A DNA stretch of 64,000 nt from Ptychomitrium polyphyllum (Eukaryota), in assembly GCA_973851085.1 (NCBI GenBank), contig OZ316775.1:13516001-13580000 (forward strand), written 5' to 3'. Positions 11,341 to 25,400 of the stretch are shown here, piece by piece. The notes below the pieces were generated by a model. That model saw only the letters and a program-made list of their open reading frames with translations, had not been told where the DNA came from and ran no database searches. Within the stretch, counting starts at the first letter, position 1; every line of letters begins with the position of its first letter. A program made the position numbers and the translations under genes.

Positions 11341-14300
11341 GAGCAAAGATTTGGTCGTCAAAGCGTAGAATTGCTATCCCCTATGGTGGCTTCCGTAAGT
11401 TCACTTGATGGAGTTAGTCAACAAATGCTGGTGACCACAATCTTTCGATTCTATTGGTGGTCACTCTCCCACCCTCACCCTGCCAGGCCACTGGATATTT
11501 TCAAGGGCCTTGAAGATTTCCTCAACTGAGGCTATTGCGTACGGTTTCTGGAGCTGCTTCGATTACCTACTTAACTTGTCTCTTTCAGCTGAAGCGTTTC
11601 TTTCTTCAGCTTGACGAGGAGCAAAATTGGGGCATCCATCAGTTTTTGATATGGCTCTGCTATACAGTGCAGTATTTTCATACTTGACTTCGTTTTGGCT
11701 ATTTTTTTATTCAGCCACATATGTCAAGGATGAATGTTTCAAAAGCTTTAGAATAGATTTTAGTCTTAACTTTGTTGAATCTGATCACCTATGTCATACA
11801 TGGGTGAGTGTACAGCACAGGTAGATTGTGAACTTCCAAGAATTTGCTTTAGAAGAGAGAGAGAACTCTGCTTACCACTCCTTCAGTCAGAGATCAGTTC
11901 CATGTCTTATTTGTGTCTTGTTACCTGTTTTGATGATCGAGAGATTGAGAGATTCGACGTTGTGTGCTTGTTGGTGTAGTACCATTATTTCTGTTGTATT
12001 TTGGCAGTGTAGGCCATATTGTGTATTTCGTTTTTATATAAAGAGGTATTCAGATAATTCAAACTTTGATTAGGTGATTTTGCTGTTTCATTTTGAAAAT
12101 TCAAAAGTTGAAAAGGGATCTTCACAAATTCGAGATTAGCATTGACATCAGAGGGGTTTGAGATTTGTGATTTTAAATCAATTTGCTAAATATGTCAATT
12201 CTTACGGATTTAGAGCACCTTGTTTTATGTAATATTTTTATCATAATTTAATAAATAAATTTCTCCAATAACTTCGAATTTGAGCATTGCAAGGAAATAT
12301 AAAATCTTTATTCAAATCATTCATGAACAAAATTTTGCAATCTCATCATCAAAAAACTGGAATTGAACATTGATATGGTCGAGGATTATTGAATTGCACA
12401 ACATTATCTGCATATATTAAATTTTCTTTAGAATGATTGTTTCATTTTATAAACTAAAAAATACATTTTACTTGTTCAATAATTTTAATAAGTAAATCTT
12501 TTTTTCAATATATGAAATGTCTTTTACAAACTGTAATCGAGCTTGCAATAGTTCTAATTTCATTAGAGCTTTTGTATACTGTTTTTTTATGCATTCTTCC
12601 ATACTTTATATTCCTTATTGCTCAATTCATGCTTCAAAATGCATTCTTATATTGTGATTTGTAAATTACTTGTTTAATCCATAGACACACTCTTATTTTA
12701 TGTAATAAATTAAAAATACTATTTTAATTTAAACATTTTTTATAAAGTATATTTTGATGAACATAAAAAGTTGTGCCCTTTTTGTTTCAACCATTGTTCT
12801 TGAATACAAGTGTTGGAATGATTATTATAGATCTTTAGTTGTAATAATATAATATATGAAATTTAATATTTAATGTCTAAGAAACATGAAATTGAATTTT
12901 CTTTGATTAACATTGATTTAACTTTTAATGCAATCTTTTTTGCAATTAAATAAAATTAATAAAATTAGAGAGAGTGAATATTGCTTTCTATTACATCTTA
13001 CAAATCAATAAAATTCTAAATATCAAATACTCTTTATAATAATTACATTTTCAATGGATCAAAATCCAAATTTTTTTAGCATAATTTTTCTATTGGATTT
13101 TTTAGTTAGTACAACATTCCAAAGATATAGCCATTTTAATATTTTCAACCATTATATTCACGAAATTGTAGTGTTATAATACTTTAAATAAAGTTGAATC
13201 AATTCATCAAAAAAATAAGTGATCAATTGATGGCAAGTTGATTGCATAAAAACGTCTAACTTATAAAATAAATCTAAAAGATATGATTTGCACATCATTG
13301 GGCTTTGCATAAATCATATATTGAAATCCTCACTTGAAATTTACTATCAAACAATTATATTTAATAATGCCAATACAAAGTTTATTTACTTGTCTTATCA
13401 ATACATTAATGTATTAATGTCTTATTATATCAACATGAAATTTGGAATTTGTCCAAAAGTTGGTCAATTTATTCTTCATTTATCAAAAACCTTAGAAAAG
13501 TTTATATTCTATAATTGTATGATTTGTACATTCAACAATATTAATATAGATGATATTTTAAATTTTAAATTTTTTTAATAAGACATTTAAAACATTTAAA
13601 TTCTAAATAGAAAAATACAATTATACAAGGCGTCTATAGTTTTTCCATATTACAACAATTAGGCTATTCATACAAAAATTTGATATATCATGCCAATTTC
13701 CCAAGTTATTTAACTTGAAAATAAATCAATACTTTTGAAATTTATATTTTTATCTTTTTATCCTTTAAGCTCAAAATATATTTCTAACATTTTAAATTTT
13801 TATCACTTAAGTTGTTGTTGCACTTAAAGCAAGTGTTTACTTGTAGGAATTTGTGTATTTTACATATTTATTTAGAGGCTTAATGAATTAAATTTAAAAG
13901 AATGTAATTTTTTATACTTTGAAAGTACATATAACTTTTTTTTATAAATAACCATAAAATTTTGAATAGAACATACATTTGGATTTAATCAATTCTTAAA
14001 TTTTTTGATGAATGTCTAAAAATTAATTCTTTATAATTCTTCAACATTCTTTAACAATTGAAGCAACTCTCCCTCATCTTGAAAAAATGGGAAATCGACA
14101 ATAAATGGTAGTAGAATCATATTGTAGTAAATGCATGAGACAGTAATGCAATGTGATTTGCAATGTGATGACTTGGTGCATAAACTTCTTCAATTTTCAT
14201 TCTTCCCGGAATAAGGTTTTGATAATGAAATTGTACCTTTTTAAGCATGAAATTTTTCCATTAGGAGACATTTAAGAAAGTTATGAAAGCTCTATGAAAG

Positions 14301-15364
14301 GGTAAAAGTCTTTAACATTCAATCCGGTGGAGAGAGAGGCACACACCTTTTAACTCCATGCAAGGATTCAGGAGATATGTCCTCTTCGCTTTCATACTGA
14401 CCCTCTTTATGAGGACAATGCATTGCAGGTTATGAACAAGAATGAGCTACTGACAATGTCAACAAGCAATAAATATCACTACTTGTGAATTATGTACAAA
14501 TGCGTACACAAGCCCAGGCATTATGGAGCAGGCAACAGTAGGATCATACGTTGCAATGCACAATGGTTGTGGATCCTTGAATTCGATGTTGAACAAGTAA
14601 TACTATTGCAAGTCACTACACCCAACCATGTGCATGAGGTGCTACAATCGAAAGACAGCACATCAGCTGTACACACAAAGAAAGTTACAAAAGTGCAAAA
14701 TATGAGGACGACCTGCCAGCAGGACGCGTAACAGATGTTTTGATTAAGTCAAAACAAGAGACAAAAACCTGAAACTAAATTCACCTGACATATTCACATC
14801 CCTATGTGCCAAGCACAAGGCTTGGCTTTAATTGTGAACAAAGCCCTCTTCAGCAAGTGGCTTCCATCAAAGAATGGGTTAAGTTTTCTGCTCCTTGAGC
14901 AAAGTCTGTCCTGGGTTGGACACTACCACTGGACATGTATATAAGAACTAGTATACAAGAGTGCCATGATGCGCGGCCATAAAATCAGCCCCTTGATATT
15001 CTTACTCCAGCAGCAGCCTCTTCTACTGTGATCAAGATAGTCAGCATCCCAGCAGTTTGAACCGACACCTTCAGAAAAGCAAAAGTTGATCTCATCAACA
15101 GAAAGTGTGTCCTTCCTCCGACCTACGCTTGCAAATGCGATGATATACACATATACATCATCCTCGTTCCAAATGACTTCAGTTAAACCCACTGTAGCCC
15201 TCAGGATAAATCTGAATGTTGAGGGTTCACATACTTCGCGGCCACCAGAGATCCACGCAAACAACCCTATATCATCCTCTTCGTGATGTTTGCTTTAACA
15301 CCCCAAAAAAAGGACTGATAGAACTCTACATCTAGAAAAACAGATGCAAAATTCATGTAGAATA

Positions 15365-17938
15365 TCACCATGCTTCCACCCGCTCAGCTCGTTGGTCTAT
15401 GGAAGGGGTCATGCGACCACTAGCACCCTTGCCCTTTATGCTGTGTGTAGGGGGGAAGAGCATGAAGGGACTAAAGTCTCCTTGTGACTCCTCGCTGTTA
15501 CGATCTTGACCATTCAGTAAAGCGCTTTGTGGGCTGTTCCGATCATGATTGTCCTCGGTGCTGCTCCTAAGGAAAGGGTTAGATTTCTGAGGACCGCCGA
15601 ATATAGGACTTGGTTGACGATCAATATGAGTACCCATGAAAGAGAGAGGCGGATATCGTGCACTGCCTCGTTCATGACCCATCCAAACACCACTTTGTGA
15701 GCTTTGCGAACTGGTCCGGTCATGACCTCGGAGGAGCCCGGCAGACGAATTTTGAGAGGTTTGGGACCATTGACGATCATGGCGGTTGAATATGCTGCCC
15801 CCATACACATCATCGTTAACATCTTCAACCCACAGAGCTGCTTGGGGATCATGTTCAGGCTCTTCTGATTCGGGCAACTCTGGTGATGAAGGCGGTGAGT
15901 GGGATTCCAGCAAACTAGCCTTCCGGTCCTTTAATGTGCGAAGAATCAAAGTTTTGAGCAGGTTCATCACTTGGACAGCATGCATCAGGGCTGTTAGCGG
16001 ATCAACCATCTGCATGCAGTAGCTCAGAGTTAATGAAGCATGCATCTTACAGAGCGAGTGAAACACCTACAGAAAACAACATCGTCCTGCACGACTCGAT
16101 TATTTACGAGAAACCATGTGATAACAAGGAAGACCATTCCCTTCGACTCTGACACTTAACCAACCTCGAATCATTCAGAATAGACGGCTCGTTGCAAAGC
16201 ACAACATACCTGTGTCATGTTTGGAGCAAACACCATAGCGATGTTCCGGGCATTCATCTTGTTAAGAGACTCCAGCTCAACGACATCGGCCATCAGATTG
16301 ATGGCCCAGTCTAATAGAGCAGCCTCCGTCTGTGGTAATTGCTTGATAAGCGCCAAGCTATCTTTCTCGCCATGGCAAGCAAGGACCTGCTCTGGGCTCA
16401 AAGAATCCAGAACACCTGTTGGCAACTCCCTGAACCACGCCTGCAAATAAAACACCACATTGTCTTATAAGTCCCCTAAATGTCACAAATGGGAAGGAAA
16501 TCGCTCACACTCCGTATAAACCATATTGCACATCAACATACAAAATGTATACATTAAAAACAGAAAATTGGAACAACGTCTATTCTACTTTTAAAATCGT
16601 GCTCGCACCATAAACAATGAGAAGAGAGATGTGCAAATGTTTTCATGGAATATGTCCTAGAATGAATTCCACTAACCTTGATCAATCCAGCCAAAGCGTG
16701 AATGTCAATGTCAGGAGGAACAATTCCCTTATTGAGTTGCTCCCGCACATGCTCCTCATGACTATTTTCAGGATTTATCCTAAAGATACCCTCAGCCTGA
16801 ATGGACAGTACAAATTTTAGTTAGAAAAATTTATAACCCAGACATTGTGACATAGTGCATGCAGCCAAACATTAGAAAATGCTACTTTCTGCGGCCACGT
16901 AACAGATGCTGAGTCGATCAAATTGCACTAGGCACACTCTAAAACTTCTAATCTATGAACACAGGTTGCAGGCGTGAAAGACGGCGTAAGCCAGAATCCT
17001 CAAATGGGAACACACCTTAAGTCCTTGTTGGTCATAGAGCTGCTTCTGCAGAAGCAGGAGAATAGTCGGGACCATGTTGCCTTGAGAGTCTTGAGAGCAC
17101 TGCATTGACTCCACTGACACTCCAAACACATTCTTACTGCAATAAACAAAGGTTGAGCAGTGAGCACATTATGAACTTCAACAGTAACCTAGTATTTTCT
17201 ACTTTCCTGGATCTTAAAACATGCTAAACTCATTCATGCAATTACAGTTTCAAAAAAAATCCTTCGAATACGAAAAACGCTGACGACAATGAAGAAACCG
17301 ACTACTCGGAAATTGCACGGAGCAGAAAGACAAAAGACAGATCTCCAGAGTAAAACGAAGCAACCCACACAAACGCAAGCAAGTACACGCACCACGGAGG
17401 GATCTGGTTTAGAAACAAACCTTGCACTAGGAGTTGGCCTAGGCACTTCGTGTTCATACTCCTCGGGCAAGCCAAGAAACCCGTTATAGCGGTCAAAAGT
17501 GACGTGCGCAACATGCTCAACATCTGTTGGCCATCCAATATCCATGCTCATCTTAATTTCCTTCCCCTTTCCTTTCTCCTTCTCCTTAACTCTGTCGACT
17601 GTGTCTCTCGCCCTTTCTCCTCCCACAACGTCCACTTCCTCCGGCGTCTGGCACGTAAGTAGCGACTTTCTAACTGTGGCCAACACAAGCGCTACCATGG
17701 ACAGCTGCGCTCCCGCTTCATGGACTTTCGTGCTCCTGTACTTAGGTAAAGATGCGCTGGCTGAAAGTCTCGGACTGATCTTCAAGGTGCCAACATCTTC
17801 GTCAACAAGTGGAGAAGCGTGATTCCCACTGTGTCCCTCTGTGTCTGAGTCTGTTAAATATTGTAGAGTCGAGTTGTATTCGTCACTGTCGCTGGAAAAA
17901 TGTCGAACGTTTCTTTGAGAATGAAGGACCGCAGTCAT
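15365..17938 (-). CDS. RopGAP: ROP GTPase-activating protein (CRIB + RhoGAP), 544 aa
   Basis: Exons (minus) 17938-17421, 17136-17016, 16796-16677, 16440-16210, 16009-15365; phase-consistent. CRIB motif MDIGWPTDVEHVAHVTFDRYNGFLGLP. GAP motifs VFGVSVESMQCS, AEGIFRINPEN (arginine finger), LIKAWFRELP and NKMNARNIAMVFAPNMTQMVDPLTALMHAVQVMN. C-terminal ERVEAW. Confidence 0.95.
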
Positions 17939-18053
17939 AGTTTCAGCCGGATACGGCGTAGTTCACAGTCAACCACGTATCTCTGATTAACTATGATCCA
18001 AGCTCTGAATTGCAACTCATGCTAGCGGGAACTGATGGTACAGATACTTGCAC

Positions 18054-19004
18054 CTGCACACATCATATAAACCAAAGCGAAACCATAGTTAATATAGTGG
18101 CCACAGAATCATCAATCCACTTCTTAACCTTCCAAGAACAGTGCAGTGCTCGTCTCACACAACAGTGAAGTGCAGAACTTCTCGTAAGTGGCTTGCAGGT
18201 GAGGGCTAGTATTAGAATAAAACGCTGGCAATCTTCTCCGATCTTCCAATATTCAAAAAACGTCTATCTCCTCAAGAACATTCTCACGTCTCACACAGGT
18301 AAAGCCACGTGAGTAAGTGCAGCGGCGACCGCACATGTGATAGGTAAAATAATGCTTCAAGCATCATATACGAGGTTCAACGTATCCGTTCCATTCTCTG
18401 ACTTCCAAAATCCTAAAAATCTCGCCATACCCCGAACTTCTACCAGTGCTACAAACTGACTCTCCTGTAGGGCTCAAACAACAGGCTCTTAACAGGTTCA
18501 AAATGCTAAAATGGCGCACTTCAACAAGAAAAACACCACTTGAGACCCGCGAAACATGGAGGAAAGTAAGCAAAGTCACATCCTCATGTGGCTAACAAAG
18601 TCTGAGAAAACCGCCCCGAAACACCGCAACGACCGCATATCTACAAATCCCTATCTCCCTCCTACGCAAACAACCAACCGCCTCCACCTACAGACAACCT
18701 CCACACATTTGCCCAACGCGACTGAAAGATACATCCACTACACCAAACTCCACACGCCCACACACAACCCTCGCCAACCGACCAAAAACTCTACATCCCC
18801 GCACCTACACTCCCTCAACTCCCTTCCCTATCACGCCACTCATTCACTCCCCTCCCTTCACGGTCCTACTTAACGTTGAAACTTCATCATCGCTCTCCTT
18901 CTCCTCTGCAGCAACCATACCTTCTCATTTGCATCGCACCTCGTCCGACAAAAACCATCGCCAGGAACGCGTATCGCCTTGAAAAAAAGAAATTTCCAAA
19001 GTAC
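18054..19004 (-). other. Putative ~950-nt 5'UTR intron of RopGAP
   Basis: Minus-strand donor TTAG|GTACTT at 19004, T/G-rich interior, acceptor TGTGCAG| at 18054. Confidence 0.55.
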
Positions 19005-19022
19005 CTAAGGAAAACAACACGG

Positions 19023-19047
19023 CTCTCTCTCTCTCTCTCCCCCGCCC

Positions 19048-19102
<55 letters not shown>
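19023..19102. repeat. Interrupted (CT)n/(GA)n microsatellite in the RopGAP 5' leader
   Basis: A short CT run, then CCCCCGCCCCCTTT, then about 25 CT units. GA-repeats are known BBR/BPC factor binding sites in plants. Confidence 0.95.
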
Positions 19103-19105
<3 letters not shown>

Positions 19106-22100
19106 TCGAATCGCTCCAAGAGACTTCCTCGCACAGGAAGAGGACAACAACAGAAAGACAACCCGATCCAGAGCAGAGCTTCAAAGAGGAGCAACGAGCG
19201 AGGATCTTGCGGAGCAGGAAGACTAAGGGAAACATGACGAGATCGATATCATCTATCCCCGGTAAAGACTTGGAAATCTAAGTGTAAGCCTATGGTAGAT
19301 AGTGATGAATTTTCAGGGTGGATGTTCGAGGCTTTGGCTATGGCTTGGGTTTCGACGAAAGCCGTGGAGCCGAACAGAACGGAGCAACGGAGCTGGACGA
19401 ACTATGTTTAGCTGGATTAACAGAGGAGGACAACGTCGTGGGCTACGCATACCCAGCGAAGCCTACATAAGTAACTTACGCCTTCGCGGTAAATTAAATG
19501 TTGGGCCGAGACTATAATAGCAGAATGGGGCCGAGGGGAACGAGGGGAGCTACGCTGTGCTCCGCCTTCGTCCGGGCGTTCTCGACGCTCCTGGGGCCCA
19601 GTTTGGGTGCCCTATTCTGGCGTTCTTCATGCCAGCCTTTTCTCTCACCTTTTATAGCTATTTTATTGTCACACGTGTTGGAAGGTGGTTGGCAGTCACG
19701 TGGTATTTTATTTTATATTTTGCTGGAATGTTGAGCCGATCGGAATGGGAAAATTGGGTGCTAATTGTATCCACATTTACGAACATTAAGGGTCTTACCC
19801 TAAATCCTACTGATAAATATCTCCTACTGATTCACTCTAGTCAGTGGTTGTTACAAGAGAGTATGGGAGTGGGAAGCACGACTTGAATCAACATTTTAGT
19901 TCTGGGTTTTGCATTGGTTTTGTTTTGGAATAGACTATAACGAGATAAAACAAACAAATGTCATTCAATTCTACTAGGAATTAGCGCCTGAGATTCCACA
20001 AGATGTGGAAAAAACATGAAATAAAGAAGACGATATTGTTCTGTTGTGAAACATCCCTTGCATGTCCTGTGGCATGGCCCTCAGTTATAATTTGTGAGGT
20101 CGAATTTTTATGAAATTTGGAAGGGGTTGTTAATTTGATTAAACACTGTTGTGATTTGTACAAGACGGCTGGAGGATGAAGGGACTTCTGGTGATGGATT
20201 ATATGAAAGGATCCTTGGAGGTTGATGATTACTTCCCCCCAAAATGGGCTGTAATTGAGCTCAGATTCCCATGTGGTTCATTTGTTTTTAGCTGCTGGCT
20301 TAGAAGTGAGGGCGGTCCTAGTGTCAATAGGTTGTCAAACCCTATGTTTGTCATGAGGGAGGTTGTCCTGCAATCCTCTGGAAACTAACTTAATGCATGG
20401 ACAAATATTAGTGATTAACAAACACTGTAGCAGTTAAGTTGCTTACAAACTATAAAAAATTCTTGTTATGTTTGAATGTGTTTGAGTTACAAACAGTACT
20501 TAAATTGAAATGAATGAGCAGAGACCTGCCTCCCATGTTTTGGAACTTGATTCTTATAGCATTCTGAAAAGTCACTCCTACATTTACTGGCAACTAATAA
20601 ACAAAGAAATGAATAGAAGGCTGAAGTAGAGATACACATGAGCCAACGTTGATGTATGATGATTGGCATAGTCTGAACCGCAGTTGGAAAATTCAATTAT
20701 ATCTTCATCATACTTGGATAATGCAATATAACTGATGTCCAGGATTTATGAAAGCCTAGCATTAAAGATGAACATTTCATTTACTGTGGCCAATGAGATC
20801 AAATTCCATATAATGTGGTCCAGTTATATTGTGTCATATACAATTGAGGCAGTGTAAATAATGTGATGAAATCATTCAAGCTGACCTTCATAAGGGAACG
20901 AGTTTGTGGGTTCCAGAGTCTGAAAATCATTGAAAGCCAGTGAAAGAGCCATCCAGGACATGGCCTTCAATGTCTCACATATATTATGTGGTACTGCACT
21001 TTGACCACAAATTGTAGCTCTCCAAATTATTGGGTACCATCTCCATCACATATCTGTTGTATAGATACTGCTCCACCATATGGGATAACTCTGAGTCTAG
21101 AGAATTTGTAACAATAGACACCATTCATAATCATGGCTAAAATTTGGAATTAAATAATTGTAAAAGTGTGAAAGCAAATTAGATGATACAATATATAAAT
21201 TATGTACTTGTTATATAAAATGGTTTTTAGTTCATATTCATCAATCAACATATATATGTCTGATGGTTCAAATATATATATGAAATGAAATGTACAACCA
21301 TAAATAATAATTCTCTACAGTACACCATTATGATTCACATTATAATTTGTAATGTATTGTTGTAGTACTTATACAAGTTAACTATAATTACTCAAATATT
21401 CAAATTACTAAGCTTTTAAATTTATAGTTTTTCTTTGAAGCAACATGTGAAGAAGGATCATTCTCCTTTATGTTGTAATATATTTTGCAATATCAATTTT
21501 AGTGTTTGTAAAATATTATTGGTCACGCTAATAGTTATATATTTATATGCTAATAAATTACTATTAATGTATATTTTTTTTAATAGATTTATGTTCATAA
21601 TGTTCATATGTTAATATATTTCATAATACTTTCATATCATGAATAATAAAATTTCCTCTACAACAAACTTTGAAATGTTTTGAATCTTATATTCCTTCGA
21701 ATTTTATTTCAACATTCAAAATACCAAATATACATGTTTTCATCCATTTATAAATATGTCAACACCTTTAAAGTACAATACATTGGTACTTATCAATAAC
21801 AAGGAATCATTCAAATTGGTTGTGTGTATAGGATTTATATGTCCATAACTTAACCTTGAAAATCTTCTACATCAATATCCTTAATTGTTAAAAATTTAAG
21901 GTGTTCTATATATATAAGGTGGGAGTGCTCAATAGCACTAATATATGTTGCTTCATACTTGAGAGTGGCATCAAATAATATTCTGGTGGAAGTTTTGGAT
22001 GAATAAACACCAATATTAGTCAGGTATGTATTGTGTACATTAAATTGAAACCCCTTTTATATGTTATCAGTACTTATATGTGAAATGTCAGAAATTGGTG

Positions 22101-24499
22101 GTATTGTGTGCACAAGTGCACAAAGAAAACATAAGCATTATAATCACCTTGTGTTCTGTTCTAATGAGTATCATTTCTACTAGTGTAAACACTGTACATA
22201 CCATGTAAGTTATGGAAGGACCAAAATGATACATTGTCAACTCAATCTTAATCAAAATATGACATTTAACACAATATTGCAGAATTTCAAATTTCTTAGT
22301 AGTCCTTGCAGTCAACAATCTAACTTGTTTCAAAGCTATAGATGTGACTATGGGCCCCACTGATTTAGATTGGGAGCATGTTAGAGTCATGAGAGAGCTA
22401 TATGTGCATTGCACACACAATTGACCTGCTGAGATTTGACAGCCAAGCTTGTGGAATCCTGCGTTGTAACTGGCTAGGCACAGTGATCATGCTAAGTGTC
22501 ACATATGTTTGTATGTTAAGTATTTGAAAAATTACTCAAGTCAGATGGACAATGGCTTGTAAGTACATTATACATATGTACCATGTTGTACATTCCATGT
22601 TCCAGTGACTTCCAAAGAAAGATATACGTGAACAATAAAACTTGAACCATCAGGCACAACACAGCCAAAGCTGATCTAAGTCTCAGATAAGGAACAGGAG
22701 CCAAGACAATGCATAGGAGGTGAGCAGGAAGCTACCAAGAAAAGCTACAAAAATAACAACGCACAGTGCAAGCTATCAATATATCTATCATTCAGAGATG
22801 CAGTTCTATTGTTAAAATTTTATTTTGGTGAAGATGAAAGGAGTTTGGGGTTGAGGGCATCACAAAACAAGATACATGCTCTCATGTATTCACTACCAAA
22901 TGTTCTCACTATCATTTACTATTAATTTCTCAGATTTTTTAGTGAGCATAAGTTGCTTCAACTACTAAAACATATCAGGGGCCACATTCAAGTTGAACCA
23001 TTAAGATTTTATAGTTTATTCCAAATATTTTCATAGCAACTCAATAAAACTAAGTTAAGAAGTCTTTGAAGTGATGTATCTCTACTTTTGTAACCAATTA
23101 GATACAAAATTAACAAACAAAATTAACAAAGATAAACCAACCATTTAGAACCATAAAATATCAACAACCTTTAATTCTTTGTAGATAATTCAATGATCCC
23201 TTATTATATAATGGTTTTGAAAACACCTATTTTATAGGTTAATTTCATAATTACTTTCATCTCATTTCTCCAAATCTTCTGATTCTTTTTGTGATATAGA
23301 GGCATTAATTTGCCCCATCTTATCTGTTTCTATTATAATTCTTAAATTTATTAATTTTTTTATTTAAAATGATTTTTCACCAATTAAAAATTTGGTTATT
23401 TTATACATTCTGGACCTTGTGCAAGAGCAAGGAAGTTTACATAAGTGAAACCTCTTGCATGGATTAGGCCATCAAGTGGAAAAAAACACACATGCATGTA
23501 ATCCAAGACATGATTTGAAGGGCCTAAATTACCATGGCCATATATAGCCATCATTAGTAAGAAACAAACTTTAATTTTAAAGATTTAATTAAAACTAAAA
23601 TTTATATAACTTTTTTAAAATAGAAAAATTAATTTACAGTCATCTTTCTATTTTAAGATATTCTAAATAATTTTATAGATTAATTAATAATTTTCTAGGA
23701 ATGATGCATTAATTTTTTTACATATATATAAAGTCAATTTAAAAGAACTAACTTCAAAGTGGTAATTAAAATGCTTTTAAAATGAAATTTGTTAGCAGAT
23801 GTGCTTCCAAAAATAAGGTAGAGTATCTTTTGTTAATAGTTTGTTCATTATAAATGTATATTATTAGATTCAATTAATTATATTTTTTAATTGAAATATT
23901 AGAAAGAAATGAAAACCACGAGAATCTCAATTATTGAAAATTCATGCTATTTGAATAAAATTCTCAAAGGAAAAGTGCATATTATTCCTTTGTCTAAAGT
24001 AATATGATCCATTTTGCATTAGACACCTGTTCCATAAACATTTTCAACTTCATATATCTTTAAATAATTTAGAGTGAAAAAATAATTTATATGTATTTGA
24101 AATTGGGTTGATTCAAAATTGAAGTTGAATTTATCCCTAGTAGAAATTGAATTTGTACATTTTAAAGAATGAATTAAAACATAGGTTGCTATTATAAAAT
24201 TCAAATGATGGTAGAAACTACAATCTTTAATCATACATTCTTAAACTCTAATATGATAATAAATTAATTACATTTAAAATCAACATTTTTTTTTTTTTAT
24301 ATGAAAGCTAAACATTGACTTTTATATGCATTTTTTATTTAAAAAATTAAAGTATAATGATAAATTTGGTAAAGTTTAATCACTATATAAAAATTAATCA
24401 ATTAGAATTAATCTTGTAATTGTTATATGACTTAAATAAATTATCTATTTTACAAGAACCAATTTTCAAGGATAACTCTTGACAATATTTGGTAGTTTC

Positions 24500-25400
24500 C
24501 TTGTTCTAAATATTGAAAGCAAAGTTGCTCCAAAGATTGTGGTGATTTAAAAAAAAATATTGGATGACATCTTTGAAAGATTATTGTTTCATAAAGGCCC
24601 AAGTATTGATGTTTATAGAATTGAAAACTAGTATTTATAAAGTTGAAATTTTGTACTTATGTGATCCAACAAGATGTCTTCCAATACATGACAATATATG
24701 TACATATTAACAAGTTCATTTTCTAAACACATGTGTGGTAGTTAGAATATTTTATAATCTTTTTTACAAAGGAAATATTTGCCTTAGATTGCCTTAGATT
24801 TAAAAATCATTAAATCAATGAATTCCAAATACTACACAAAAATGCGCTTCCTGATTGGCAAAAATATCTAAGTTTTTGGTTACAAACTTAGTCATCCTAG
24901 AGTATTTGATTTGGCTATTGTTTTAACAAATGTGTATAAATATCACAATAGATTTAAGTTTAGATTTACTTTAGCATTAGCATGCCATGGTAGATAGTTG
25001 TTAATATATTGGAATCATGAAAAAAAAATCCATTGTTAAATTTTCTTTTTTTTGATTTAAAATAAAATATAATTTTTTTTTTAAATTTTGTAAAACTAAA
25101 GAATTGATTCTATATTTTTGTGCCAATTGGAAACATGTATAGGAAATCAGAATGAAGAGTTGTTTGGACATTTTTTGAAGCTTGAAAATTAATGAATTGA
25201 TTCTAGCCATATGATCATTCACCTTTTTTGTTGTCAATGTTTGTCATTATATTTAAGTATTATAACACAATCTTCTAATTGCAAAAGATGTATAAAGATT
25301 GTGGCTTTTCAAAATCTTCTTAAATAGTATTTGTTACTTAGCAAAACTAGATGATCAATGTATCACAAAATCAATAGCTATGAATTTTTTTAATTAATTA
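24500..25400 (-). mobile_element. Highly decayed Ty1/copia-like retrotransposon relic (gag and integrase-like fragments)
   Basis: Minus-strand fragment KKVNDHMARINSLIFKL (ORF 25001-25237) resembles the copia gag pattern S-V-x-D-H-(L/I)-x-R-F-N-x-L. Further downstream INI-NTWAFMK..SFKDVIQYF loosely resembles integrase (V/I)HSD(V/I)WGPM..S..G.KYF. Many stops; recognised by eye only. Confidence 0.35.

Noticed and set aside
12100..14200. Possible endogenous viral (NCLDV) or other coding remnant in the AT-rich spacer between the NYN and RopGAP genes
   Set aside because: Only short frames with no hallmark motifs. A translated profile search would be needed.
18876..19226. ORFs with SLSLSL or RERERE runs
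   Set aside because: Translations of the CT/GA microsatellite.
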